Positions 19,608 to 30,678 of a stretch of DNA of 64,000 nucleotides are shown here, one piece after another (position 1 is the stretch's first letter; each line of letters opens with the position of its first letter). Origin of the DNA: Gemmatimonadota bacterium (GTDB taxonomy: Bacteria > Gemmatimonadota > Gemmatimonadetes > Palauibacterales > Palauibacteraceae); NCBI GenBank assembly GCA_963666735.1, contig OY762926.1, positions 3,483,324 through 3,547,323 of the forward strand, written 5' to 3'. Position numbers and translations under genes: made by a program. The notes beneath the pieces are model-generated. The model did no database searches and was not told the origin of the DNA. It worked only from the letters and a program-made list of their open reading frames with translations.

Positions 19608-21484
19608 TCCTAAAACAAGCGAGTAGGGCTGGCGAGGCGTCACTTGGATTTCGGGCGGCGGATTATGGGCGGAGGAGGCCGCCGGGAAGCCGTGTTTCCG
19701 TGGTTCCGAGGCGGGGATTCGGGGTTTGTCGCTCGGCGGAAGGAGGGTGCGGGGCCGGCGTTTTGCGCGGGGAGACACCGGTCCCCGGGGAGGCGGTTGA
19801 CGCCTTCGGGCGAGCCGGGCCCGGCGGCGGGTGCTACGTGAAGCCGGTCCGCTCGATGGTGTTCCAGGTGCTGAACAGGCGGTCCACCGAGGGCCGCCAG
19901 CCGATGATGCGCAGGGTCGTGCGGCGGGCGCGGCGGATGACTTGGCAGGGCACGAGGATCATCTCGCGGACGAAGCGCCTGAACTCCATGGCGGTGTATT
20001 TCCGGCGGTCGGCCTTCAGGTGCATCATCATCGCCAGGAAGCTCTTGAGGTTCCACGCCAAGGCCGCCATCACCATGTAGGCCCAGTTGCTCACCAGGTC
20101 GTAGACGGGCACGCGCAGCGCGTTCACCCCGTTCTTGAGCTGCGCGATCACGTTCTCCTGGCCGCACCGGGCGTTGGCCAGCCGGACGACCTCGGCCGCG
20201 CTCACGTCCCTCCGGGTGGTGATGTGGAAGAAGTGGCGGATCTCCTCGATGAGGGCGAGTTCGCCCCTCATCTCGCTGATGTTCTTGCGCACCACCACCA
20301 TCCGGTACGTCTTGCGGCACTTGACGGGCCGGTGGTCGAACTCGGCCACCTCCTCGAAGTTGAGCCGCTTGTTCACGTAACCGCGCTCGCGCACGATCCG
20401 CCCCTTCACGTCCTCCCGCCCACTCCGCGTCTTCCCCGTCCGGGACACGTGGCGGGGCTTGCGCTCCAGAGGCTTCCAGTCGTCCTCCTCCAGCGCCTCG
20501 GCCCGCCGCACCAGCGCCGAATGGGCGTCGTAGCCGAAGATGAAGTCCGCCCGCTCGCTCCAGCGGTCGAAGTTGACGGTCAGCGAGAAGTCCGTGTCCC
20601 CGCGCACGCACACCCGCTCCGCGTACGGCGCCACCAGGTCGATGGCCCGGTCGATCCACTCCGCCGCGCCGGCGTGGCTCACCGCGTTGCCCGGCCGGTT
20701 CACCACGTAGAGCACCTCGGCCGTGTTGGCCAGCGACACGACCAGCGGGTGGTAGCCCCACACCTTCTTGTAGGACATGTCCATGCCCGCCTTCTTGCGG
20801 CCCAGCGTGGGCGCCAGCGTCCCGTCCACGTCGATATGGGCCACCGGCTCCAGCAGATCCCGGCCCCGGCCCCGCCACAGCTTGGGCCTGACCGCGTTGA
20901 CGCACTCCATGAGCTCGACCACGTCCGACTCGGAGAAGCGCCGCGTGAAGTCGCCCGCCGCCGTCGGACTGGGGATCACGTCCGCGCCCAGGGCGTCCAT
21001 GTACGCCGCGTCGTGGCGCAGGCCGTTCAGATCCTCGAGCCGCGCGCCCCCGCACAGCAGGTTGTAGGCGATGTTCAGCACGTGGTCCGACTCGTGGTAC
21101 GGCAGGTGCCGCTTCAGAAGATCCAGTCGCCGGTCGATCTCCCGCGCCAGCGAAAGCTTCGACACCAGGCGCCGCACGGCGCCGATGCCCCCGAAGCTCA
21201 TCGCGCTCGTCCGCGCCCCGATCTCGTAGCGGAGCCCGCCCGCCGAAAACACGGGCTTCGGCCGGGAGCCCCGCCGCCTCGCCCCCGCCCGCCGCGACTC
21301 CACTCTCCGCTTCCGCCGGGCACTGTTCCTTCGGCTCTGCCTGTGCGATATTCCGTTCACCGGAAAGGCCTCCTGGTTGGGATCGGGCGTCCATCGTTCG
21401 AATCCGCTATCGACAATCAGGATAAGCCTTTCCGGTACCTTTTAACAAGGGTTCGCGCGTGGATCGCGCCTGTTTTAGGACTAG
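19604..21484 (-). mobile_element. IS1380-family insertion sequence with terminal inverted repeats and CTAG flanks
   Basis: The left end TCCTAAAACAAGCG (19608-19621) matches the reverse complement of the right end, CGCCTGTTTTAGGA (21467-21480), at 13 of 14 positions. Both ends are flanked by CTAG (19604-19607 and 21481-21484). A single transposase ORF lies inside. Confidence 0.8.
19834..21360 (-). CDS. DDE transposase, IS1380 family (IS4 superfamily)
   Basis: The N-terminal pattern LLKRHLPYHESDHVLNIAYNLLCGGARLEDLNGLRHDAAYMDALGADVIPSPTAAGDFTRRF is typical of IS1380-type transposases as I recall them. The family call is from memory, not a search. Confidence 0.8.
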   Translation of the reverse strand: MNGISHRQSRRNSARRKRRVESRRAGARRRGSRPKPVFSAGGLRYEIGARTSAMSFGGIGAVRRLVSKLSLAREIDRRLDLLKRHLPYHESDHVLNIAYNLLCGGARLEDLNGLRHDAAYMDALGADVIPSPTAAGDFTRRFSESDVVELMECVNAVRPKLWRGRGRDLLEPVAHIDVDGTLAPTLGRKKAGMDMSYKKVWGYHPLVVSLANTAEVLYVVNRPGNAVSHAGAAEWIDRAIDLVAPYAERVCVRGDTDFSLTVNFDRWSERADFIFGYDAHSALVRRAEALEEDDWKPLERKPRHVSRTGKTRSGREDVKGRIVRERGYVNKRLNFEEVAEFDHRPVKCRKTYRMVVVRKNISEMRGELALIEEIRHFFHITTRRDVSAAEVVRLANARCGQENVIAQLKNGVNALRVPVYDLVSNWAYMVMAALAWNLKSFLAMMMHLKADRRKYTAMEFRRFVREMILVPCQVIRRARRTTLRIIGWRPSVDRLFSTWNTIERTGFT

Positions 21485-21647
21485 TGTGGTGTCGCGGAAG
21501 TCCGCGAGCCACCGAGAGCGTCGAGGCGCCGAGTACTGCAAGGCGCTCCGACGAGGAATAGCAGAGCTATTGCAAGGAGGAGCAACGCCGCAGGGGCGGA
21601 TGCATCGGCGCTCGAATGGCCGTGGGATTTCTGCGACACCACACTAG
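21481..21647. repeat. 167-bp palindromic (MITE-like or structured-RNA) element with 15-bp perfect terminal inverted repeats
   Basis: CTAGTGTGGTGTCGC (21481-21495) is the exact reverse complement of GCGACACCACACTAG (21633-21647). Pairing extends imperfectly inward (GGAAGTCC versus AGAAATCC). Confidence 0.65.
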
Positions 21648-21705
21648 CACGGGCTGCCGGCGGGTCGCCGGGTCGGACCTCACAGGCAGTCGGAGGGAGC
21701 GAACC

Positions 21706-22623
21706 ATGGATCCTCTGTTCTTCATCCTCGCCGGGGCGGGCGCGCTCGCGCTGGCTACGAGTCTCCGCATCCTGAAGGAATACGAACGGGCCGTGGTCTT
21801 TCGGCTCGGCCGCGCGCGTCCGACCCGCGGGCCGGGGCTCATCTTCCTCGTCCCGTTCGGGGTCGAGCGCATGGAGCGGGTGAGCCTGCGGATCATCGCC
21901 ATGGACATCCCGCCGCAGGATGTCATCACGCGGGACAACGTGTCCGTAAAGGTCAACGCGGTCCTCTATTTCCGGGTCGCGAACCCGAGACGGGCCATCC
22001 TCGAGATCGAGGACTTTCTCTTCGCCACGTCGCAGCTCGCCCAGACGACGCTGCGCTCGGTCATCGGGCAGGCGGAACTCGACGAGGTCCTCGCGGAACG
22101 GGAGAAGTTCAACCAGATCCTGCGTGACATCATCGACCAGGGCACGGACGCGTGGGGGATCGACGTCACGGGCGTCGAAGTGAAGGACGTGGATCTGCCC
22201 GGCGAGATGAAACGGGCGATCGCGCGGCAGGCCGAGGCGGAGCGCGAGCGCCGCGCCAAGGTGATCAACGCCAAGGGCGAGCTGCAGGCGGCGTCCGACC
22301 TGCGCGCCGCGGCGCGCCAGTTGAGCGAGTATCCGGCTTCGTTGCAACTGCGTTTCCTGCAGACGGCGACGGAGATCGCGGCGGAGAACAATTCGACGAC
22401 GCTCTTTCCGCTTCCGGTGGATCTGGGGTCCATGGCCGGCCTGTTCAGGAACCTGTCGTCGGCCGCCGACGCCGAGGCGGCCGCCCCGGCTCCGGTCGAC
22501 GAACGCGTGCTCGAAGGGTCGGAAGGCGCACCGCAGCTGCCCCGCGCGGAAGCGGCGGATGGCGTGTCGGAGGCTGCGGACGAGCCGGAGGCGGTGACGA
22601 GGGAGCGCGATGCCGCCGGCTGA
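21706..22623 (+). CDS. SPFH/Band 7 (stomatin/slipin-like) membrane protein
   Basis: ATG at 21706 after GGAGGGAG. N-terminal TM segment, then [14 protein letters not shown]...[18 protein letters not shown]. Confidence 0.85.
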   Translation: MDPLFFILAGAGALALATSLRILKEYERAVVFRLGRARPTRGPGLIFLVPFGVERMERVSLRIIAMDIPPQDVITRDNVSVKVNAVLYFRVANPRRAILEIEDFLFATSQLAQTTLRSVIGQAELDEVLAEREKFNQILRDIIDQGTDAWGIDVTGVEVKDVDLPGEMKRAIARQAEAERERRAKVINAKGELQAASDLRAAARQLSEYPASLQLRFLQTATEIAAENNSTTLFPLPVDLGSMAGLFRNLSSAADAEAAAPAPVDERVLEGSEGAPQLPRAEAADGVSEAADEPEAVTRERDAAG

Positions 22624-23479
22624 CGGCGGTGACGGCGGTTCGGGCGAGCCCGGTCCTCCCGAACGCCGTTCGTCCCTCCCCGCCACCGTCACGCAGGAGC
22701 AACTCGAACGTGTGATCCGGCGGGCGTCGGACCTCCAGTTCCGCAGTTCCACCTCGATCGGCGGCGAACTCGGGGCCGGCGAAGTCGTCGAGATCGGAGC
22801 GGAAGTCGGGCTCGAGGAGCGGTACGTCCGGCAGGCGCTGGCCGAGGTGGAGGCCGCCTCCCTCATCCCCGACGCGCCTCCGGACGAAGGGCTTGCGCGC
22901 CGGATCGTCGGTCCCGCGATCGTGAGCACGAGCCGGGTGGTGCCCGGAAGTCCGACGGATGTGGAAGCGAATCTCGAGTCGTACCTTCGCGAAGAGGAGC
23001 TTCTCCGACAGGTACGCTCGCGGCCCGGTGGATCGCTCTGGGAGCCGGGAACCGGCCTTGTCAGCCAGATGCGCCGCGCGATGGACGTCGGCGGCCGACG
23101 GTACACGCTCGCGAAGGCGCGCAACCTCCAGGTCGGCGTGGAAGCCCTGGAGAGCGGGTGGTCGCTTGTCACGCTGACGGCGGACGTCGGTAACATGAGG
23201 GCGGAACGGCTCGGTGGCTGGTTCGCGGGAATGGGGTTGGGCGGAGCGGCCGGCGGCTTCGGCCTGTTCATGGCGACGGGGGGCGGTGTCCTGCCGCTCC
23301 TGGGAGGACTGGCCATCTTCTCCGGCTTCACGGCCATCGCGACGGTTTCCGCGCGGGCCGACATGCGGAAGGTCAGGCAACGGATGGAACTTGCGCTTCA
23401 GGGTCTGCTCGACCGACTCGAGCGCGGAGAGAATCTTCGCAGCGCGGAGGAACCGTGGCACCGTAAGCTGCTGCGCTGA
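22610..23479 (+). CDS. Hypothetical membrane protein co-transcribed with the SPFH gene
   Basis: Overlaps the SPFH gene's 3' end by 14 nt. It has a soluble N-terminal part and a Gly-rich double hydrophobic segment ([42 protein letters not shown]). Confidence 0.6.
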   Translation: MPPADGGDGGSGEPGPPERRSSLPATVTQEQLERVIRRASDLQFRSSTSIGGELGAGEVVEIGAEVGLEERYVRQALAEVEAASLIPDAPPDEGLARRIVGPAIVSTSRVVPGSPTDVEANLESYLREEELLRQVRSRPGGSLWEPGTGLVSQMRRAMDVGGRRYTLAKARNLQVGVEALESGWSLVTLTADVGNMRAERLGGWFAGMGLGGAAGGFGLFMATGGGVLPLLGGLAIFSGFTAIATVSARADMRKVRQRMELALQGLLDRLERGENLRSAEEPWHRKLLR

Positions 23480-23510
23480 GGGACAACTGCGGACATAGAG
23501 GGAGTGGACA

Positions 23511-24398
23511 TTGACTGAGATTCGGAAGGTCGGGGTGGTCGGAGCGGGACTGATGGGGGGCGGGATCGCGCAGGTCAGCGCGGCGGCCGGCTATGAGACG
23601 ATCGTGCGGGACGTGGAGAGGGGGTTCCTCGACCGGGGGATGGCCGGAATCCGACAAAACCTCGACCGCGCCGTGGAGAAGGAGAAGCTCGGCTCGGCCG
23701 ACCGGGACGCGACGGTGGCTCGTCTTCGCCCGACGCTCGAGCTGGCGGACCTGGCGGAGTGCGACCTCATCATCGAGGCGATCACCGAGAACCTCGGGGC
23801 GAAACACGCGCTGTTCGGCGAACTCGGCGGGCGGTGCGCGGGGGAGACGATCTTTGCCTCCAACACGTCGAGCCTGTCCATCACCGAACTCGCCGCGGAG
23901 ACCGATCGCCCGGAGCGTTTCGTCGGTCTCCATTTCTTCAGCCCCGTTCCCGTCATGCCGCTGGTGGAGGTCGTCCGCTGCGGACAGACGGCCGATGACA
24001 CGTTCGACGCCGCCTTCGCCTTCGCCGAATCGCTCGGCAAGAGCCCGATCGCCTGCGGCGACAACACCGGCTTCGTGGTGAACCGGCTGCTCGTGCCCTA
24101 CATGCTCGACGCGATCCGCGCGTACGAGGCCGGGGTCGCGTCGATCCCCGACATCGACCAGGGACTGCGCCTGGGCTGCGGATATCCGATGGGCCCCTTT
24201 ACGCTGGGCGATTTCGTGGGGCTCGACACGCTGTACCACATCACGGGAATCATGTACGACGAGTACAAGGAGGCGCGCTTCGCCTCTCCCCCCCTCCTGC
24301 GCCGCATGTACCTCGCCGGATATCACGGCCGGAAGACGGGGAAGGGCTTCTACGACTACAGCGGCGACGAACCGGTCGTGTCCAGCTTCGTGCTGTAA
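23511..24398 (+). CDS. 3-hydroxybutyryl-CoA / 3-hydroxyacyl-CoA dehydrogenase
   Basis: Rossmann motif VGVVGAGLMGGGIAQV, plus HFFSPVPVMPLVEV and a C-terminal 3HCDH domain. TTG start. Confidence 0.88.
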   Translation: MTEIRKVGVVGAGLMGGGIAQVSAAAGYETIVRDVERGFLDRGMAGIRQNLDRAVEKEKLGSADRDATVARLRPTLELADLAECDLIIEAITENLGAKHALFGELGGRCAGETIFASNTSSLSITELAAETDRPERFVGLHFFSPVPVMPLVEVVRCGQTADDTFDAAFAFAESLGKSPIACGDNTGFVVNRLLVPYMLDAIRAYEAGVASIPDIDQGLRLGCGYPMGPFTLGDFVGLDTLYHITGIMYDEYKEARFASPPLLRRMYLAGYHGRKTGKGFYDYSGDEPVVSSFVL

Positions 24399-24428
24399 TC
24401 CGGTTCAGGTCGGCCAGAGCCAGCCGAA

Positions 24429-24447
24429 GGCGCCGCCGGCCGGCGCC
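24429..24447. terminator. GC-rich hairpin between convergent genes (candidate bidirectional terminator)
   Basis: GGCGCCG-ccggc-CGGCGCC, a 7-bp stem between the hbd-like stop (24398) and the PAP2 stop (24454). There is no clear U-tract. Confidence 0.35.
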
Positions 24448-24453
24448 TCGGGG

Positions 24454-25308
24454 CTACTCCCGGAAGCGCATCTGTATGCCCAGCGCGTCCCCGGCAATCA
24501 GCGGCCGGATCCGGGCGCGGGCGGGCGAAGACCGCCTGGACGAGACCGACGAGGGTTCGACTCGGAGCCAGCCAGCAGCCGCTTCGGTCGCGCGGCCGCC
24601 CACCCACCAGCCGATGAAGCCTCCGACCACCACATCGGACAGCCAGTGCCGGTCTCCGTAGATCCGGGCGAGTCCCGTACCCGCCGCCGCCGCGTAGAAG
24701 GGGATGGCCCACCCGCCCTCGGCGACCTCATCGACGGCGGCGGCGATCGCGAAGGCATAAGCCGTGTGGCCGGACCCCAGGGAGGCGTTGCTCCGGAAGG
24801 GGTCGAAGTGCAGAACGCCCCGCTCATCTCTCGGGCGGCTTCGTCCCAACGTCCAGTTGAGGATGGTGTTCGACATCGAGCCGGCGAAGACGCCGAAGAA
24901 GGCCGATGTCGCCCGCCGGACTCCCTGTTCGCCGTCCAGCGCGACGCCGAGAAGGATTCCGCCCCCGGCGAGAAGGGGCGCCGTCCGCTTCCAGTCGCCG
25001 TACGTGTGGCCGGCGCCGGCCAGATCGCGCCCCAACGTTCCCTGCTGGTCCAGCGCAAGCGTGCGGATGTTGTCGTCGAGGAGGAAGGCGCCGCCGAGGA
25101 CGCCCGCCCCGAGGGCGATATCCGGCCAGACCCGGCTCGCGCCCGGCGTCTGCGAATCCGGAGGCGCTTCGACCGCCCGCGCCTGGGCGGCGAGGTGGAC
25201 CGGAAACACGAACCACGCGACTCCGAGGCAGGCGACCGCCCCTCGCAGGGTTCTGTTTCGCGCGATCGGGCGGCGTGCGCCGCTGCGGCCGAAGCGTGTC
25301 ATGGACAT
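24454..25308 (-). CDS. PAP2-family phosphatase, secreted or membrane-associated
   Basis: I start the gene at the ATG at 25308 (MSMTRFG...). The three PAP2 motifs are LGRSRPRD, GSGHTA and ARIYGDRHWLSDVV. The 605-aa track ORF is an over-extension. Confidence 0.8.
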   Translation of the reverse strand: MSMTRFGRSGARRPIARNRTLRGAVACLGVAWFVFPVHLAAQARAVEAPPDSQTPGASRVWPDIALGAGVLGGAFLLDDNIRTLALDQQGTLGRDLAGAGHTYGDWKRTAPLLAGGGILLGVALDGEQGVRRATSAFFGVFAGSMSNTILNWTLGRSRPRDERGVLHFDPFRSNASLGSGHTAYAFAIAAAVDEVAEGGWAIPFYAAAAGTGLARIYGDRHWLSDVVVGGFIGWWVGGRATEAAAGWLRVEPSSVSSRRSSPARARIRPLIAGDALGIQMRFRE

Positions 25309-25388
25309 CTCGAAGCTGCCTGCCCGGAGGCTCCCGGGCAACCGCTCGGCGGCGCTTTCCGGACCAGGTCGACAACGGGCAAATTTCC

Positions 25389-25417
25389 TTGCGATACAAG
25401 GGTTTTCGCCGTATTTT
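25389..25417 (+). promoter_or_regulatory. Candidate sigma70-type promoter for recF (TTGCGA-17 nt-TATTTT)
   Basis: Read directly in an AT-richer island. The -10 hexamer ends 8 nt before the first in-frame start (GTG 25426), so the transcript would be leaderless or the true start lies further downstream. Confidence 0.3.
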
Positions 25418-25425
25418 GAGGGCTT

Positions 25426-26597
25426 GTGACGAAGACACCGGAGGCACCGTCCATCCGCCAGCCCGAGGCGTCTTCCGCGCCTTTCCTCAGGCGCTTGATC
25501 CTTCGCGACTACCGCAACTTCGAACGACTCGAGTGCGAGTTCCCCGAAGCCGGCGTCGCGATCATCGGGCCCAACGGATCGGGCAAGACGAACCTCCTCG
25601 AGGCGATCTACTACCTCGAGGTTTTTCGGTCCTTTCGAGGCGTGCGGGATCGCGCGCTCGTGCGGTTCGGAGAGACGGTGTTTCGGGTGGAAGGCGAGGT
25701 TGAGGGGGGGATGTCCGTGGCGGCAGCCTACGACCGGTCGCAACGGATCAAGAAGGTCGAGGTCGACGCGCTCGAAGTGGAGCGGGTTTCGGCCGGGATC
25801 GGTTCGGTGGGGGTCGCGGCGTTTCGTCTCGACGACGCCGAGATCGTGCGTGGAGGGCCGTCGCTGCGGCGTCGCTTCCTCGACGTCGCGCTCTCGGTGG
25901 GCGTGCCGGGCTACCTCCCGGCGCTGCAGCGCTACCGGGGCCTCCTGTCGCAACGGAACGAGGCGCTTCGGCGCGGCTGGTCGAACGACGAGACGGAAGC
26001 GTGGACGGAGGGGCTGATCGAGGCGGGTGGAGTTCTCACGGAAAGGCGGGCGACGTGGGTGGTGGAGGGGGCGGAGCGATACGCCGACTTCTACGCGCGG
26101 ATCTCGGGAGGAGACAGTGCGGCGCTTCGGTATTCGGCTTCGATCGCATCGAACGATGGGGTGGAGGATGGTTCGGAGGCCGCCGGCTCGTGGCAGGACC
26201 GTTTTCGACGCGCGCTGGAGAGGACCGGGGAACGTGAGCGTCGCCAGGGCATGACCGTAGTGGGCCCGCACCGCGACGAGATCAGGTTCGAGGTCGAGGC
26301 GCCGGAAGGCCCTCGCGACCTCCGGAGCTACGGGTCGAGCGGACAGCAGCGCACGGCCGCGCTCGCCCTGCGCCTGCTCGAAGCGGACCGGCTCAGGGAA
26401 CGGCTCGGCCGCGAGCCGTTGTACCTCCTCGACGACGTGTTCGCGGAACTCGACGAGGGGCGCTCGGACCGGCTGTTTCGCCTTTTCGAGTCCGAGCGGG
26501 GCGGGCAGGTGATTATCACCGCGCCCAAGCCCGGTGACGTGGGGCTGATGGGCGGGAAGCTCGAGCGATGGCGTCTGTGCAACGGACGGCTCATCGC

Positions 26598-26601
<4 letters not shown>
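25426..26601 (+). CDS. recF: DNA replication and repair protein RecF
   Basis: LRDYRNF, Walker A GPNGSGKTNLLEAIY, signature SSGQQRTAALALRL, and Walker B YLLDDVFAELD. The start is uncertain; an in-frame TTG about 25 codons downstream would give the usual short N-terminus. Confidence 0.88.
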
Positions 26602-28978
<2,377 letters not shown>

Positions 28979-29108
28979 TCCGCCTCTGAGCCCACCTCGC
29001 GTCCCCGCGTCGACGGCCCTTTGATAGCCCGTTGATGCCCGCCCCGATCCTTGTGTCAGAGAGGGCGGCAGGGCGTCGCCCTCCGGGATCATTCAGGGGA
29101 GGTGGACG

Positions 29109-29429
29109 ATGATGAGGACGAGGAGAAACAGCCGTGCGGCGTGGCCGCTCGCCGTGGCGTGGGCTTTCGCGGGGGCCCTGGCGCTCTCGCTGGCGCAGCC
29201 GTCCGAGGCTGCGGCGCAGAGCGAGTGTGCGCCGTACATCTCGGGAGGACCGGACAATCCGGCGAGCGGAGAATTGGTGGGCTACCAGATCGTTTCGCTC
29301 AATCTCGGCGCGGTCTTTGGTCTTTCGGTCGGTATCACCGCGACCTTCAACCTTGGCGTGTACGATATGGATGGCCGCCCAACGACTTACGTCCGGTGCG
29401 ACGATTACACGGAGTGGAGCTTCCAGTGA
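29109..29429 (+). CDS. Small secreted protein (about 68-aa mature form, two Cys), function unknown
   Basis: GGAGG lies 8 nt upstream. The signal peptide has an AAA-Q cleavage context. The mature part is QSECAPYISGG...IVSLNLGAVFGLSVGITATFNLGV...YVRCDDYTEWSFQ. Confidence 0.5.
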   Translation: MMRTRRNSRAAWPLAVAWAFAGALALSLAQPSEAAAQSECAPYISGGPDNPASGELVGYQIVSLNLGAVFGLSVGITATFNLGVYDMDGRPTTYVRCDDYTEWSFQ

Positions 29430-29530
29430 GCCACATCCCGGGAGCCATCGGTTCGAGGTCGCGTCCCGTGAAGCCTGAGGTTTCGGCTGCGAACCGTTTC
29501 CGGCCACCGAGTTCCGCTCGGTGGCCGGGG

Positions 29531-30592
29531 ATGGTTTCGCGCACCGTCCCGCTGGGCCTGGCGGGCGCCATCGGTCTCGCGGGGTGCGGAAGCGCTCCAG
29601 ATGCCGACGACGACGGACGGGTCTATTTCTCGGAGAGCAGCAGCCGGGCCTACGAGATCGGATCGTCCGACGCCCACCTCGATCAACTGGATGCACGCGT
29701 GAGCTTCGGCTCCGTCGCTGACGTACTTGCCACGCCGACCGGCTATTTCGTCGCAGACGGACTCGATCCGCGCATCGTCCTCCTCGACCGGAATCTCGAT
29801 CCGGTGCGGATCATGGGCAGAGAGGGGGAGGGACCCGGGGAATACAAGTTCCCAAGTCGTCTGGCGCGGGCGGAAGACAGGATTCTGGTCCTCGATGGCG
29901 GGAACGAGCGAGTCGCGTACCTGACCCTGGAGGGCGATTTTTTGGACAGCCGACGGATTCCCGGCCTTGCAAGCGATATCGCGCAACATCCGGAACTCGG
30001 GTTGCTCGTCGCGGGCAATGCGTTTCCGGACCACTATCTGGCGCAGGTCACGGCGGAGGGGGATACGGCTTTCGGGCGGATTCCGGAAGAGCTGCGCGTC
30101 GACGCCGGCGGATTGTTCCATTGGCCCCTGGACCTGGTCACGGTTACGGCCGACGGCGTGATCCACGTCCTTGACGCGGATCAGCTCGCACTCGTGAGTT
30201 TTTCCCCCGGCGGAGAGCTCGCGAGCGTCATCTTCCTGCCAAGAGAAATGCGGGCTCGCGAACTGAGGGAACAACAAGAGACGATCGAAGCATTCGGCGG
30301 GCCGACCCGGGTCCTCGGCAGTCAGAGCGTGACGACCCTCCGACCTCTCCACGACGGTCGACTGTTTGCCCGGATCACGTCCGTGCGCCCGGACAGTACG
30401 ATTACGAATGGTCTCGTTCTGGACCTGGAGCGCCTTGAAGCGACCCCCGTGGTCGTCCCCGCCGGCCACAAGGAACGGTTGCGGCTGCGGGGTGGCGTCT
30501 ACCTCGACGGACTGGATCGCGTGGTGCTCAAACCCCGAGGGAACGCGGGGCTCGAAACCGCGCGGATCGAGCTCTTAGCCGGGGACAGATGA
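29531..30592 (+). CDS. Predicted lipoprotein, NHL/6-bladed beta-propeller-like (paralogue A)
   Basis: Lipobox LAGC, and a GEGPGEYKFPSRL motif of the GxGPGE type seen in propeller lipoproteins. By eye, at least half the residues are identical to the next gene's product. Confidence 0.65.
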   Translation: MVSRTVPLGLAGAIGLAGCGSAPDADDDGRVYFSESSSRAYEIGSSDAHLDQLDARVSFGSVADVLATPTGYFVADGLDPRIVLLDRNLDPVRIMGREGEGPGEYKFPSRLARAEDRILVLDGGNERVAYLTLEGDFLDSRRIPGLASDIAQHPELGLLVAGNAFPDHYLAQVTAEGDTAFGRIPEELRVDAGGLFHWPLDLVTVTADGVIHVLDADQLALVSFSPGGELASVIFLPREMRARELREQQETIEAFGGPTRVLGSQSVTTLRPLHDGRLFARITSVRPDSTITNGLVLDLERLEATPVVVPAGHKERLRLRGGVYLDGLDRVVLKPRGNAGLETARIELLAGDR

Positions 30593-30678
30593 CCGCGCTC
30601 GCCATCGTCGCGATCGACCAGGGGATGACTTCGACCTGCGCGATCGCGTCCGATCTCGAGGGGTGGGGCCTGCTTTGA
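30589..30678 (+). pseudogene. Remnant of the glycerol kinase 5' end (29 codons, then a stop)
   Basis: ATG ACC GCG CTC GCC ATC GTC GCG ATC GAC CAG GGG ATG ACT TCG ACC... encodes [29 protein letters not shown]. This parallels [22 protein letters not shown] at the head of the full glpK 1.1 kb downstream. Confidence 0.7.

Noticed and set aside
21395-21405. tRNA T-loop-like CGTTCGAATCC inside the IS 5' region
   Set aside because: The flanking bases cannot form a T-stem (CCATC versus GCTAT), and no acceptor or anticodon arms can be drawn. I found no convincing tRNA, rRNA, tmRNA or RNase P signature anywhere in the window.
19831-21561. 576-aa plus-strand ORF across the IS element
   Set aside because: It is antisense to the transposase, whose N-terminal and DDE-region patterns are recognisable. 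The plus-strand product is His/Arg/Pro-rich nonsense that crosses the IS boundary.
21459-21647. 62-aa ORF coinciding with the palindromic element
   Set aside because: Its boundaries are set by the element's terminal CTAG (the TAG stop), and it begins inside the IS right end. Its composition is not protein-like. The inverted-repeat structure explains the sequence better than coding does.
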